A DNA stretch of 64,000 nt from a virus (Duplodnaviria > Heunggongvirae > Uroviricota > Caudoviricetes). Shown one piece after another: positions 27,276-37,360 of the stretch (within the stretch, counting starts at the first letter, position 1; each line of letters opens with the position of its first letter). The DNA lies in the IMG/VR virus record IMGVR_UViG_3300006204_000001. One strand, written 5' to 3'. The notes beneath the pieces are model-generated. The model worked only from the letters and a program-made list of their open reading frames with translations, was not told the origin of the DNA and did not search any database. A program made the position numbers and the translations under genes.

Positions 27276-29387
27276 TTATGCTACAGAATCAAATTCGTTT
27301 GCTGTTTCTAGAGTAATATTTGTATTAGACAATACTAAGAAATCTAACATTTGATCTATCAACTCTCTCTTGTTGATTGTGATTTCTTGATCCAATAATC
27401 CTTGCTCTTCATATAATACAAATTTATATTTACTATTAGCAAATGTAATCAAGAATTTCTTTATGATATCTTCTTTGATATCTACAATGGTACTATAAAA
27501 CTTTTCTGTTATAAGTTTATAGGTTTCATTATCTTTTAAATATTTAATATCTTTCATATACATTTTTTCTCCTACAGGAGTTTCTTCTATGTTAGATGTT
27601 AATATCAAAGATAATGTAGAATCCAATAGAGTATCTTTTGTTACGTTGAATCTTCTCATGATATCTTTACGCATTATCAATAATAATGTATACCAATCAA
27701 GATTACGTAATAATGCAAATTCTGCAGATGATCTAGTATAATTAAAGAAATAAATTTCTATCATTAACTGATGTAACCTGCTAGGTTTCATATTACGTCT
27801 ATAATACTCTAATTCTTCTGTAGTAATTTCATTTGCATATTTCTGGTATAGATTCTTTACTAAGTTCTTCATATCCATAGAACATGTGATTACATATTCT
27901 TCATTCATCTTCATCTTATTTGCTCTATATCTATCATTCTTACTATTACCCTCTGCATCAGGAATAATACTGGTTTCGATGAGATTTCTTCTAAAGACTT
28001 GGATGATGAAGATACTAATATGTGTGTTAACAATTGATGCAAGAAAACTTAAAACTCTTTCACGAGGCTGTTCTTTTACACTATCCCATGTCTGACATAT
28101 TTGAAACTTAATAAAGTTATCTATAATGACATTTCTTGTCATCAATTGATTGATAATAATTGATATATCTTTTCCTTCGATCTCTTGTTGTTCGCAGTTA
28201 TCTTAACTCTACATCTCTATAGACGCTGTGACTATATCATTATAGTATTTATTATATTACCTATATTATGAGCTTCCATTACATATGTACTCTACTAACT
28301 ATATTTGATATACGTATTTCTCGTATATCATAGCTTTTCGATAGTCGATGAACTTTTATCTATATAATAGATACTTAACTACCTATGATCTTCTCTACTA
28401 ATATGATTTTACCATCCGATAGTCGTTATACTATCTGCTAACTTATATTATTACTAATATAATGCGGTTATATTAGACTAACAAGAAGTTCCGGTAATCC
28501 ACATAATTTATCCATCTCTAAACTCTTTCAAATATTAACTATTCTTTTGATAAGTTAATCTTGAAAGTATAAATTGATTTCAAGATGCTTTTATTAAAAT
28601 TATAAGAACTATTGCATTTGTTCTCTATATAACTCCATATTTTATTATAAATATTAAAATCATGCTCAAAGACATTAAACATATCAATATAGAATCTATA
28701 AAAGATTTCTATATTCTTTTGAATATTTATTGATCTCATTACTGCAAAATGATTTATAATAAAAGACAGAATCTTTATTCCAAATGAAATTTCTAACATA
28801 GCTTTTACATGTACATTTAGAAATTCCAATGATTTTTTCTTACGTTGCATAATTGATAACATATCCGGATTGCTCATATTTCTAACATTTTCTGCTTCAA
28901 TATCATCCACATAATTTTCTTCAATCATGCGTGTAATTTTTTCTTTCATCGATTCCGTAAAAATTGTTTTATAACAAAGATCTTTAAATGCATCAAAGTT
29001 TTTCATTGTATATGATACATTATCAGCATCTATCAAATATTTAATTCTGAATAATGCTGTTATTAGTTCACCTTCCTGATCATACATTGTCTCAAAGAAA
29101 TTTAATTCTTCACACATACGAGGAAGATAAGATGAGTATGATAATTTTGTTACTTTAAACTCATTAAGTGCAGCTATATTCTCATTATTTACTTTATCTA
29201 ATTCCTTGTTAAATTTAACAATCATTAATTTAGGTAAACAAAAGAACCTAGCATCATCTGGATATAATTTCCACTTAATCCAATAAGAAGATTTACCATT
29301 AGGAAATGAATTCTTTTTATATTTCCATCTCTTTAGTTCAACAATCTTCTCGATTGGTTTTATTGCTGTCAGTTGTAACATTACCAT
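27276..29387 (-). CDS. Intron-split protein, join(29387..28582,28194..27276), 574 aa; possibly the non-virion RNAP promoter-specificity subunit (phiKZ gp68/AR9 gp226-like)
   Basis: Splicing gives NKSIF^EQQEIEGKDISIIINQLMTRNVIIDNFIKF in frame, 806+919 nt. The functional call rests on size, helical character and position between the DNA polymerase and beta' genes, and is tentative. Confidence 0.6.
28195..28581 (-). ncRNA. Group I intron (387 nt, ORF-less)
   Basis: P1 CAUCUU/GAGAUG (U.G) enclosing a side hairpin. P GATTACCGGAACTTC, R GTTCATCGACTAT, S ATGATATAGTC, terminal G 28195. Confidence 0.85.
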
Positions 29388-29426
29388 CCTCCTTTTTCAT
29401 TATTCTATTCATATATTCGTCTCTCA

Positions 29427-30176
29427 TTATTTTGTCTCCTTCATTGATATAAACGATTCTACTAATTGGAATTTATTAACAGACTCTGTGATACCTATTC
29501 TAACATATGGATGTTCTTTCATTAGTTTAGTTAAATCATATTTGAATATTTCAATAAAATCAATATAATTATATCTATAATCTGCTGATAGTAGTATATG
29601 TGAACAGGTACCCATTAATATTTCCGATGATCTTTTAACCAATTCGATGTCTGAAAATATATATGTAAAATTTTCTGTAGTTTGTTTCAAACATTCGGTC
29701 AAATCACCAAAAATATATTTTACATCCATACCGGAGAAAATATTTTTTATATCTTCTTTTATATATGGCTCTTCTTTTTCACTATATACAAATATAGGAA
29801 TTTGAATATTCTGCTTTTTACATTGATCCAATATAATAGAAATATTTAATGCTGGGCTTAACTGATAGATGGTTTTATCATGTAATAAATAACCCCATAA
29901 CATATTATCTAAAATATCATCAGTAAGTTGATGGTTATAATCTAAACATTTAAATGGATTAATATATCTTCGATTCATATACCATTCAATAATTGAAATT
30001 ATTGACATATTTTTGATAATGTTTATTGGTAATCCAAATGAATTTTTAGTAGCAATCATTTTTACTATTGCATATAAATAAACAGGTTTTATTATATCAT
30101 GATATTGTATAAACATACCTGCACCGCCAGCAAATAATTCATTTGTATTGAAATTATTATTATCATCAGTAAGCAT
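29427..30176 (-). CDS. Hypothetical protein, possibly degenerate HAD-like fold
   Basis: Alpha/beta pattern (FIQYHDII, IFVYSEK, YIFSD) without a DxD motif. Confidence 0.6.
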   Translation of the reverse strand: MLTDDNNNFNTNELFAGGAGMFIQYHDIIKPVYLYAIVKMIATKNSFGLPINIIKNMSIISIIEWYMNRRYINPFKCLDYNHQLTDDILDNMLWGYLLHDKTIYQLSPALNISIILDQCKKQNIQIPIFVYSEKEEPYIKEDIKNIFSGMDVKYIFGDLTECLKQTTENFTYIFSDIELVKRSSEILMGTCSHILLSADYRYNYIDFIEIFKYDLTKLMKEHPYVRIGITESVNKFQLVESFISMKETK

Positions 30177-30212
30177 TGTGTATAAACCTCCTTCCTTATT
30201 ATTTTATTTATA

Positions 30213-30248
30213 TTAATATGGATGAGGAATTAACCTCATCCATATTAA
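30213..30248. terminator. Intrinsic terminator
   Basis: TTAATATGGATGAGG-aattaa-CCTCATCCATATTAA. Confidence 0.75.
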
Positions 30249-30257
30249 ATATCTTTT

Positions 30258-30977
30258 TTATGTCGGATTATATGTGCTCATATCCTGTTGTTTCCATCCC
30301 TGTTGATTATTGTTATTATAATTATTACCATTATAAGATTTCTTATTGTAATTATTATTGTATGGCTTCTTATAATTACTATTATTATTAAACTTATTCT
30401 GATAATTACTATTGTTATTTTGTGTATTATTACCATTCTTATTTAAAGAATTAACATAATCTTCTGTGAGCTTATCAAGATGACGATCTGCATTAATTCC
30501 TGTAGAATATCCTTTTACAATACTCAAGAATGATTTTAATCCACTCTCAACTACCTTAGTAACTATTTGACCATTCTCTTTAACCTGAATAGTCATAGTC
30601 TGGAACTTAAATGGAATTGTAACACCATTTTTAGATATACTAAATATTGTTTCCATAGTTCCATTTTGCCCAAGTTTTCTTTCAAGATTTAAAGATGCAC
30701 CGCCAGCACATGGAATAGGTAGATTACATTCTTGAATTTTACCATTAATAATATCTTCAATAGTTAACTCTAATGCAGCTGCACCTTCAAAATTAACAGT
30801 TGTTACTTGACCATTTTTCATATCATATGAGCTTTTTCCTAAATTATCTTTTGAGATAAATGGATATAAACTAAATGATAGATTAGTATTGAAGAATTTT
30901 ATATTCATATATGACATTCCATCTGAATATAAATTTCTTATCTGGGTAGTAGTATTTGTATTAATAGTTTCTGACAT
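30258..30977 (-). CDS. Hypothetical beta-rich protein with N/Q/Y low-complexity tail, possibly ssDNA-binding
   Basis: Located in the replication block. C-terminal about 55 aa dominated by N, Y, Q, K. Confidence 0.65.
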   Translation of the reverse strand: MSETINTNTTTQIRNLYSDGMSYMNIKFFNTNLSFSLYPFISKDNLGKSSYDMKNGQVTTVNFEGAAALELTIEDIINGKIQECNLPIPCAGGASLNLERKLGQNGTMETIFSISKNGVTIPFKFQTMTIQVKENGQIVTKVVESGLKSFLSIVKGYSTGINADRHLDKLTEDYVNSLNKNGNNTQNNNSNYQNKFNNNSNYKKPYNNNYNKKSYNGNNYNNNNQQGWKQQDMSTYNPT

Positions 30978-30978
30978 T

Positions 30979-31758
30979 TTAAATTCCTCCTTCTGGATTT
31001 GTGATTTTGTTACTAAGTTGATGTAATAGATCTATATCACTTATAATATCAACTTCTAATTCATTATTTTCGTATAACTTTGGTGTATATTTTCTCATAA
31101 AATTACCAGATATATCCATATTATCATATAATTCTATAATATCTTCATCTGCTGTATATTTTAGGAAATCTATTGGTGTCATTTTTAATAGAGGAGAATA
31201 TTCTTGTATTAGATTTCTTGTCAATGTAAATAATTCGTCCTCTACTAATTCTTGTGGTATTTTTGTCATCATATCTTTAGCAATAACATTCCTGAAATTG
31301 TTTCTAGCATTTAATATAAAAAACTCGTATGATTTTCTTATAGCAAATTCTTGTTCATCAACATCAGGAGTAGATTGATCATCTAATGCATTAATATTTA
31401 ATGCTAATCTATTTTTAAATAAATTTGAAATATGATCAATAAATTTATCTTTTATATTATCTAATACTTCAAGTTCTTCTTGTTTATGAATGTCATCATC
31501 ATCTGATATTACTTTTTCATATGAATAATTATATTGAGTATAAAAGATATCGACATAATCAGTTTTATCCTCAGTTCTAATATAATTTTGAAATTGTTCT
31601 GTTAATCCCTCTATAATAGTATCCATAGGATAATCTCCCTCAAATACAGAATCTCTAATTAAATCTGTATAATCTAAGGGAGATTCATAATCTCTTGCAT
31701 CAAAATCTTCATCTTCATCTACCATTATACCAGAATATTCCATAAATGCATTAATCAT
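30979..31758 (-). CDS. Acidic hypothetical protein
   Basis: 259-aa D/E-rich ORF, RBS AAGGAG. Confidence 0.75.
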   Translation of the reverse strand: MINAFMEYSGIMVDEDEDFDARDYESPLDYTDLIRDSVFEGDYPMDTIIEGLTEQFQNYIRTEDKTDYVDIFYTQYNYSYEKVISDDDDIHKQEELEVLDNIKDKFIDHISNLFKNRLALNINALDDQSTPDVDEQEFAIRKSYEFFILNARNNFRNVIAKDMMTKIPQELVEDELFTLTRNLIQEYSPLLKMTPIDFLKYTADEDIIELYDNMDISGNFMRKYTPKLYENNELEVDIISDIDLLHQLSNKITNPEGGI

Positions 31759-31809
31759 ATCTTATTCTCCTTTTATTTTGTTTAATATTGTTCTTAACAA
31801 TTTATGTTA

Positions 31810-33876
31810 TTATAAGCTAATAAGACATGAATTAATAGCTGCATCTCCATTTGGAGTTTTATAATACATTTCTTCTATATTTAATGCATCTAATACAGAA
31901 CGGAATGATGATATAACATCAGATATGATTATATCATAATCAATTAATGGAATTAACCAATCAGGTATTTTCTTTACACTCTTTGGAATACATATTACTT
32001 TTAATCCTGCTTTTCTTATTTCAGGTTTTTCTGAATGATAAATCTTATTAACTACCATATTATATTCATTAGGAAATGTATTCTTTATTTTCTCTAATGC
32101 CTGTTCATTAACTGTTATAAGTTTAAGGATATTTACTCTATCTAATGAATAAATTTTTCTAGATGGATATAATTCATTCCATATAGATGATCCTCTAAAT
32201 ACCGGTAGTTGCCAAGCTTTTTCTACTGATTTATATCCGCTTTCAACCTTATATGCTTGCTGTTTAAGATATTTCATTCCTCCTATCTTTAAATCATGAT
32301 ATATTTCTTTTTCAAATCGTTTTAAATCATCCATCAAAGCATGTAATTCAAGTTCTTCAGAAAATAGGATATGTTTTTCTAACATTTTTGTGAATCTATC
32401 CGTAACGTCTTTAGTTACTCCTGCCTTTATAAAATCCATTCCTTTTATTTCAAGTTTAAAAGGCATCATAATATTTCCTTCTCTTAATACAATGGATGCC
32501 GCATATCTTTTCTTCTTTGTCATAATAAAGAATCTTCTAAACATAAATTCATTCTTCATTGTCAATTCTGCTCTTGCTTCTGGACCCATATGATGTATTC
32601 TTCCATAATAATCTAATAACTTAGCTACAGAATCATCTAACATATTAGCTAATATATTTACTAATATCATTTCATTATATAATCTCTTTCTACCAAATGT
32701 TTCATGTGGAAATATTTGATGTATAATAAATGATACAAATAAATCAGCATTAATAATATTTGAATCTGTATCTACTAATAATACAGTATTTCTATAATGA
32801 TTATTTAGTTTAACTATACTATCTGGGGTACAATATTCAACATATATAAATTGATGTAATAATTCTCTCAATCTCTTCATAGGTTCTACTATACAATCTG
32901 GAACTGTATATGGATCAAGAAACATTACTTTTGATACCCATTTATTATATTTATCAACATCACTACTTGTTGCATCAGATTCAAACTTCCCTCTAAATTC
33001 TATTGGTAATTCTTTTTCTACTGCTTCAAAGTTAGGTAATGTATATAATACTTGTCTTATTAAATCTATAACTTCTTCATGATTTTTTATGAATGATCTT
33101 AAATTATTTGCATAATATAAATAAATCAATTCATCTTTTGATCTATTTTCTATATAACATTTTAATCCATCATAATCACTTCTATCAAACATGTAAAAAT
33201 GCTTTACTATTCTATGGAATACATCAATATGTGTTGGGCATTTAACCCATTTAGGTACTTTATCTTTCTTTTCTAAAACTTTATTCATCCAATCATAACA
33301 TTCATTAACATGAAAGAACTTTTGGTTATCTCCTACATATGATTCAAAGAATGCTGCCATTGTTGTAATAATACTTTGAGCCATTAATGTTGTTGCTGCA
33401 GGTGAATATTTTGTATAAAATGCTGCAGTTGGTGCACCAGAACCACCATAATCTGCATTCATAATAACTTTCTTATTAGCTTGATCTAAATCAAGCATTG
33501 CATATTCATCACTATTAGGATTATATTTAAACATTTCTTTTTTAACTGCTTTACGACCTTTCTTTAATCCTCTTAGCATGCTTGATGTAGGTGATTCTAA
33601 TTCTTCTGGTTGGCAATAGAATGTTGCATTGCCTGATACAACTGGATTTCTCTTTTCAATCCAATTACACATTTCAGTCAAAGTTATAGTTGCACCATCC
33701 CCTGTAACATTATTATCCATAATAATAGTTGGATCTTTCATCCGTTGTTTAACCATTCTAGTTACAACTTGTTTTATATCTTCTTCATCCATATTAGGTT
33801 CAATTCGTTTTATAGTTTCTATGGTAGATGTAATGAAATCCTTTTTTATAGCCATAAATTTAATTTTCCTTTCCAT
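31810..33876 (-). CDS. polB: Family B DNA polymerase, polymerase-domain subunit of a split enzyme
   Basis: KKVIMNADYG (motif B), VDTDS (motif C), KKRYA, KGMD. No exonuclease domain or motif A, as in phiKZ-like split PolB. Confidence 0.85.
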   Translation of the reverse strand: MERKIKFMAIKKDFITSTIETIKRIEPNMDEEDIKQVVTRMVKQRMKDPTIIMDNNVTGDGATITLTEMCNWIEKRNPVVSGNATFYCQPEELESPTSSMLRGLKKGRKAVKKEMFKYNPNSDEYAMLDLDQANKKVIMNADYGGSGAPTAAFYTKYSPAATTLMAQSIITTMAAFFESYVGDNQKFFHVNECYDWMNKVLEKKDKVPKWVKCPTHIDVFHRIVKHFYMFDRSDYDGLKCYIENRSKDELIYLYYANNLRSFIKNHEEVIDLIRQVLYTLPNFEAVEKELPIEFRGKFESDATSSDVDKYNKWVSKVMFLDPYTVPDCIVEPMKRLRELLHQFIYVEYCTPDSIVKLNNHYRNTVLLVDTDSNIINADLFVSFIIHQIFPHETFGRKRLYNEMILVNILANMLDDSVAKLLDYYGRIHHMGPEARAELTMKNEFMFRRFFIMTKKKRYAASIVLREGNIMMPFKLEIKGMDFIKAGVTKDVTDRFTKMLEKHILFSEELELHALMDDLKRFEKEIYHDLKIGGMKYLKQQAYKVESGYKSVEKAWQLPVFRGSSIWNELYPSRKIYSLDRVNILKLITVNEQALEKIKNTFPNEYNMVVNKIYHSEKPEIRKAGLKVICIPKSVKKIPDWLIPLIDYDIIISDVISSFRSVLDALNIEEMYYKTPNGDAAINSCLISL

Positions 33877-33929
33877 TTTTTGTTACATAAATAATATACA
33901 TTTAAAAATCTGATCAAAAAGTAAATAAA

Positions 33930-33964
33930 AATTATCTAGAGGGATTAAATCCCTCTAGATAATT
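33930..33964. terminator. Near-perfect palindrome, probable terminator
   Basis: AATTATCTAGAGGGATT-a-AATCCCTCTAGATAATT. Confidence 0.75.
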
Positions 33965-33967
33965 ATA

Positions 33968-34828
33968 TTATTCATTTATTTCAGTATTTTCTTCTATTTT
34001 CTTTACGCCTATAATAGATGAAATTACAATCTGATTGAGATTACCTGATCTGATCTTAAATGTAATTGGATCTGTTGTTCCTTCTCTAACTTCATATTCA
34101 TCTCCTGATGTGTCAACTTCTTCAATTTCCGTATTAGTTACAAAAGGAATATAAGATCTAACCTCTTCATTATCAAGAATTTCTTTATTTAATTGAATAG
34201 GACACATGGCCGATTCACAACTAATTGTAAGAATTTCATTATCTGTAATCTTAATATCCATATTACTTGGAGGAAACATAATTTTTCTTTCAAGGGAAGG
34301 TAATAATTGCATTAATTGTAATACAGATTCTTCTACAATATATTCATATGTCTTATCAGATACTTCATATCCTTCTTCAAAAATATTTAAATCTCTATCC
34401 TCAAAAAATATTTGATTATCTTCTTTATTGAGAGAAAATTTTCTAATAATAGAAGATACAATTGATTTTTGGATATTAGGAATAATATAAAGATCAAATA
34501 TTGTTTTAAGTAATTCAATATTTTCTGGTTTGAATAATATTAATTCAGGTATATCAATATATTTCTGGATATAATGATTATTACTCATTTCATCTATTAA
34601 ATCATATGATAAATGTTTAATAAATTCTCCATCTGGATTTAAAAAATCAGATACAGATTTCATATTTGGACAGAATATAATTTCACGTTGTTTTACAATA
34701 TGTTTTAACTTCATAAGATAATTTGGATAAACATATGAAGCTACTCCATTAATTATTGACCATTGTAACAATTCGATCTTCGATTTGTGGTCTTCCATAG
34801 CAATTTTAATTTTTTTATTGAATCCCAT
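33968..34828 (-). CDS. Hypothetical protein
   Basis: 286-aa ORF. Confidence 0.75.
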   Translation of the reverse strand: MGFNKKIKIAMEDHKSKIELLQWSIINGVASYVYPNYLMKLKHIVKQREIIFCPNMKSVSDFLNPDGEFIKHLSYDLIDEMSNNHYIQKYIDIPELILFKPENIELLKTIFDLYIIPNIQKSIVSSIIRKFSLNKEDNQIFFEDRDLNIFEEGYEVSDKTYEYIVEESVLQLMQLLPSLERKIMFPPSNMDIKITDNEILTISCESAMCPIQLNKEILDNEEVRSYIPFVTNTEIEEVDTSGDEYEVREGTTDPITFKIRSGNLNQIVISSIIGVKKIEENTEINE

Positions 34829-34884
34829 AATTCAATCCACCTTTCTTTAAAATCTAATAAATATATGTAAAGGAGATATTTAAA

Positions 34885-36177
34885 ATGTATAAACCAATTA
34901 ATCTTCCAAAAATAGAAAATAACAAAAATAAAATTGAATTATTTAGTGAGAATACTGGATTTGATATATTCACAGAAGCAGTATTTTTAAATGGCAAAGA
35001 AACCATTGCTCCTATAGTCGATAAATTAAAAATTATAAGAGATGAATTATTAAAAGAAATAGGATTACAAAAATCAACTTTTAATACTCAGAATAAACAG
35101 ATATTTGTACCAAAAGAATTTTGGAAACATCAATACTTCAAAGATTTAGAAAATACTATACAAGAAATATTTGGATTTAGAGCTGTAATGATTAATCCAT
35201 GGATAGAAAAATATAATCATAGAACAGATGAATTTGAATCTAAGGAATTAAATTGCATGGTATATAGTCATGATAGATACCCAATTGATGGATTAGTTAC
35301 AGAAAAAGGATTTTATGATACAACTCATTCATGTATAATGGAAATATGGATATCTTTAGGTTTAATTAAAGTTTTAACTCCTGAAGAGATACTCGCAATA
35401 ATACTACATGAATTTGGTCATAATATTGATCCTGCTATAGTAGATATAAAATATGCTGAGACTAATATTTTATCTAAATATCTTACTGATAGAGAAGCTG
35501 AAATGAATCCAGCGGAAAAGAAATTAAAGAATATTACTAAATATCCATTTATGGATTCTATATTAGATTATATGGGTAATAATATAAAGAAACTTACATT
35601 TAGTTTACAACAATTTTTCAGTAAAGATAAATTTATAAATAATCCAACAATACATAATTTTTCTTTAAAAGATATTTTTACATCTCATAATAAAAAGATA
35701 CAAAAACGAATAGATGCTATTCAAAATCAAATCAAAAATGAAAAGAATCAATTTAATTACCATTTATATAGTGAAGCATTTGCAGATAATTTTGTAAGAA
35801 TGTATGGATATGCAGTCTATTTATCATCTTCATTTCAAAAGATGAGTAAAGATACTGATAATTATGTAAAATCAAGATATCAAAAAGAAAAAGAAAGACA
35901 AAAGATTATTTTAGATATGACGGAACGAGCTTTATCAGATGTACATAAGACTGATATCCATAGAATTCATGCATTAATAAATGAATACAGAAATGATTTA
36001 AATGATCCTAATATACCAGCAGAAGTTAAAAAACAAATGCAAGATGACATTAATGAGATGATGGAAGTATTAAATGCTTATACAAAAGATTTTGATTCAT
36101 TCCAGAATCAAATTAATAAAATTATTAATGAGGAATTAAGCAAAATAGATGGATTAAATGATATAATAGAAAATTAG
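34885..36177 (+). CDS. Putative virion protein with HEXXH zinc-metallopeptidase motif
   Basis: LAIILHEFGHN, downstream EAFAD. N-terminal FTE^A resembles jumbo-phage head-protease processing sites. Confidence 0.6.
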   Translation: MYKPINLPKIENNKNKIELFSENTGFDIFTEAVFLNGKETIAPIVDKLKIIRDELLKEIGLQKSTFNTQNKQIFVPKEFWKHQYFKDLENTIQEIFGFRAVMINPWIEKYNHRTDEFESKELNCMVYSHDRYPIDGLVTEKGFYDTTHSCIMEIWISLGLIKVLTPEEILAIILHEFGHNIDPAIVDIKYAETNILSKYLTDREAEMNPAEKKLKNITKYPFMDSILDYMGNNIKKLTFSLQQFFSKDKFINNPTIHNFSLKDIFTSHNKKIQKRIDAIQNQIKNEKNQFNYHLYSEAFADNFVRMYGYAVYLSSSFQKMSKDTDNYVKSRYQKEKERQKIILDMTERALSDVHKTDIHRIHALINEYRNDLNDPNIPAEVKKQMQDDINEMMEVLNAYTKDFDSFQNQINKIINEELSKIDGLNDIIEN

Positions 36178-36189
36178 TAATAAAAGATA

Positions 36190-36223
36190 AGAAGAAGAGG
36201 GATTGATTAATCCCTCTTCTTCT
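36190..36223. terminator. Bidirectional terminator
   Basis: AGAAGAAGAGGGATT-gatt-AATCCCTCTTCTTCT. Confidence 0.8.
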
Positions 36224-36334
36224 ATTTGTTATCTTGTAATAGTAGTCTTCACAAAAATAATTACTTCATATCAATGTCAATAAATAATGCTTTTCTTGTC
36301 ACAAAAACGTATTCAATAAACATCGTTAAGTTTC

Positions 36335-36480
36335 TTTTTTGCGGTTCAATTCCCATTTCAGAACCGCGATCTTTCACACTCTTTGTATCCGGCCGGACAC
36401 CTATCTCTTTTCTTTTCTGTGGGCACCGCACATCCCCAGCGGCACTCACTCTCTTCTTATACCGCTATACTTAGCGCAAT
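36335..36480. other. GC-rich structured intergenic element, candidate ncRNA or cis-element
   Basis: Roughly 50% GC in a roughly 25% GC genome. Stems GCGGTTC/GAACCGC and AGCGGUA/UGCCGCU (minus strand), near-palindrome GTATCCGG|CCGGACAC. Confidence 0.4.
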
Positions 36481-36510
36481 TTGATCTTTTTTTGAAAATA
36501 TTATAGGTAC

Positions 36511-36693
36511 CTAACCATAGTCATGTTTAAAGAATCGCCTGTAAATGTCGATCGTAATACATCGACTCAATTCTTTAATGACATAATGAATTTTGAGATA
36601 GATATATGTAATAATCTTTATTCCATCTGCAGTTAAAATAAATATACCACATATACCTATGAACGTTAATATTATAAAAATCCACGTAGTCAT
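36511..36693 (-). CDS. Small membrane protein
   Basis: MTTWIFIILTFIGICGIFILT behind RBS GGAGGG, in frame with ORF 36511..36744. Confidence 0.6.
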   Translation of the reverse strand: MTTWIFIILTFIGICGIFILTADGIKIITYIYLKIHYVIKELSRCITIDIYRRFFKHDYG

Positions 36694-36880
36694 TTTTAGC
36701 CCTCCTTTCGAATTATTACCATAAATAAAAAATACTGTATACATCTGCTATATCTAATATTGATGGTTTAATATATTATGTATATATAAAAAACTTTTTA
36801 ATATTTTATCTAATATTATATTAATTTCTATATACATTTTTTATTATAAAAAATGTATATAGGAAAAGAGGTATAACAAT

Positions 36881-37360
36881 ATGAAACAATTAAAGGATAA
36901 TGGTATAAAAGAATTAATAAGATTAGTTAAAAATGAATTAAAAGGATATAGTAAAACAAATCATACTCATAGTAATTATTCATTAGCTACACATAATCAT
37001 GATAGTGTATATAGTAAAACAAATCATACTCATAGTAATTATTCATTAGCTACACATAATCATGATAGTGTATATAGTAAAACTAATCATACACATGATT
37101 ATAGTAATATATATGCAGCTAAAGGTCATGTTCATGATGATAGATATATAACTACTGAAGTTACAGGACAAGATCAAAAGCATTTAGGAGATTTAACTAT
37201 TATGGATAAAAACATGATACATATGTATGATGATTATAACGATTTACCTAGTACACGTATTAATGGTAATTGTATTAATTTAAGACAAAATGGGAAAACC
37301 GTAGTTACCATAACACCACTTGGTATAATATCTAATGGTAAATTTGTTGTAAATTTTTAA
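36881..37360 (+). CDS. His-x-His repeat protein, tail-fibre-like
   Basis: KTNHTHSNYSLATHNHDSVYS repeats, KGHVHDDRY. Confidence 0.7.
   Translation: MKQLKDNGIKELIRLVKNELKGYSKTNHTHSNYSLATHNHDSVYSKTNHTHSNYSLATHNHDSVYSKTNHTHDYSNIYAAKGHVHDDRYITTEVTGQDQKHLGDLTIMDKNMIHMYDDYNDLPSTRINGNCINLRQNGKTVVTITPLGIISNGKFVVNF
36947..37096 (+). repeat. 63-bp tandem repeat, two exact copies plus a partial third
   Basis: Unit TATAGTAAAACAAATCATACTCAT...CATGATAGTGTA starting at 36947, 37010 and 37073. Confidence 0.9.

Noticed and set aside
28417-28435. Second R-like sequence (ACGACTATCG) in intron 28195..28581, suggesting a twintron
   Set aside because: It sits in a local hairpin (GATAGT/ACTATC) and there is no second P, Q or S set.
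36343-36354. GGTTCAATTCCC resembling a tRNA T-loop
   Set aside because: The T stem does not pair beyond 2 bp and no acceptor, D or anticodon arms can be built. No tRNA was found in the window.
36261-36474. Overlapping 62-aa and 82-aa ORFs in the GC-rich island
   Set aside because: No RBS and atypical composition; better explained as a structured non-coding element.
36947-37096. Repeat as a possible CRISPR array or DGR template
   Set aside because: Direct in-frame tandem copies without spacers, no adenine-specific differences and no reverse transcriptase or cas genes.
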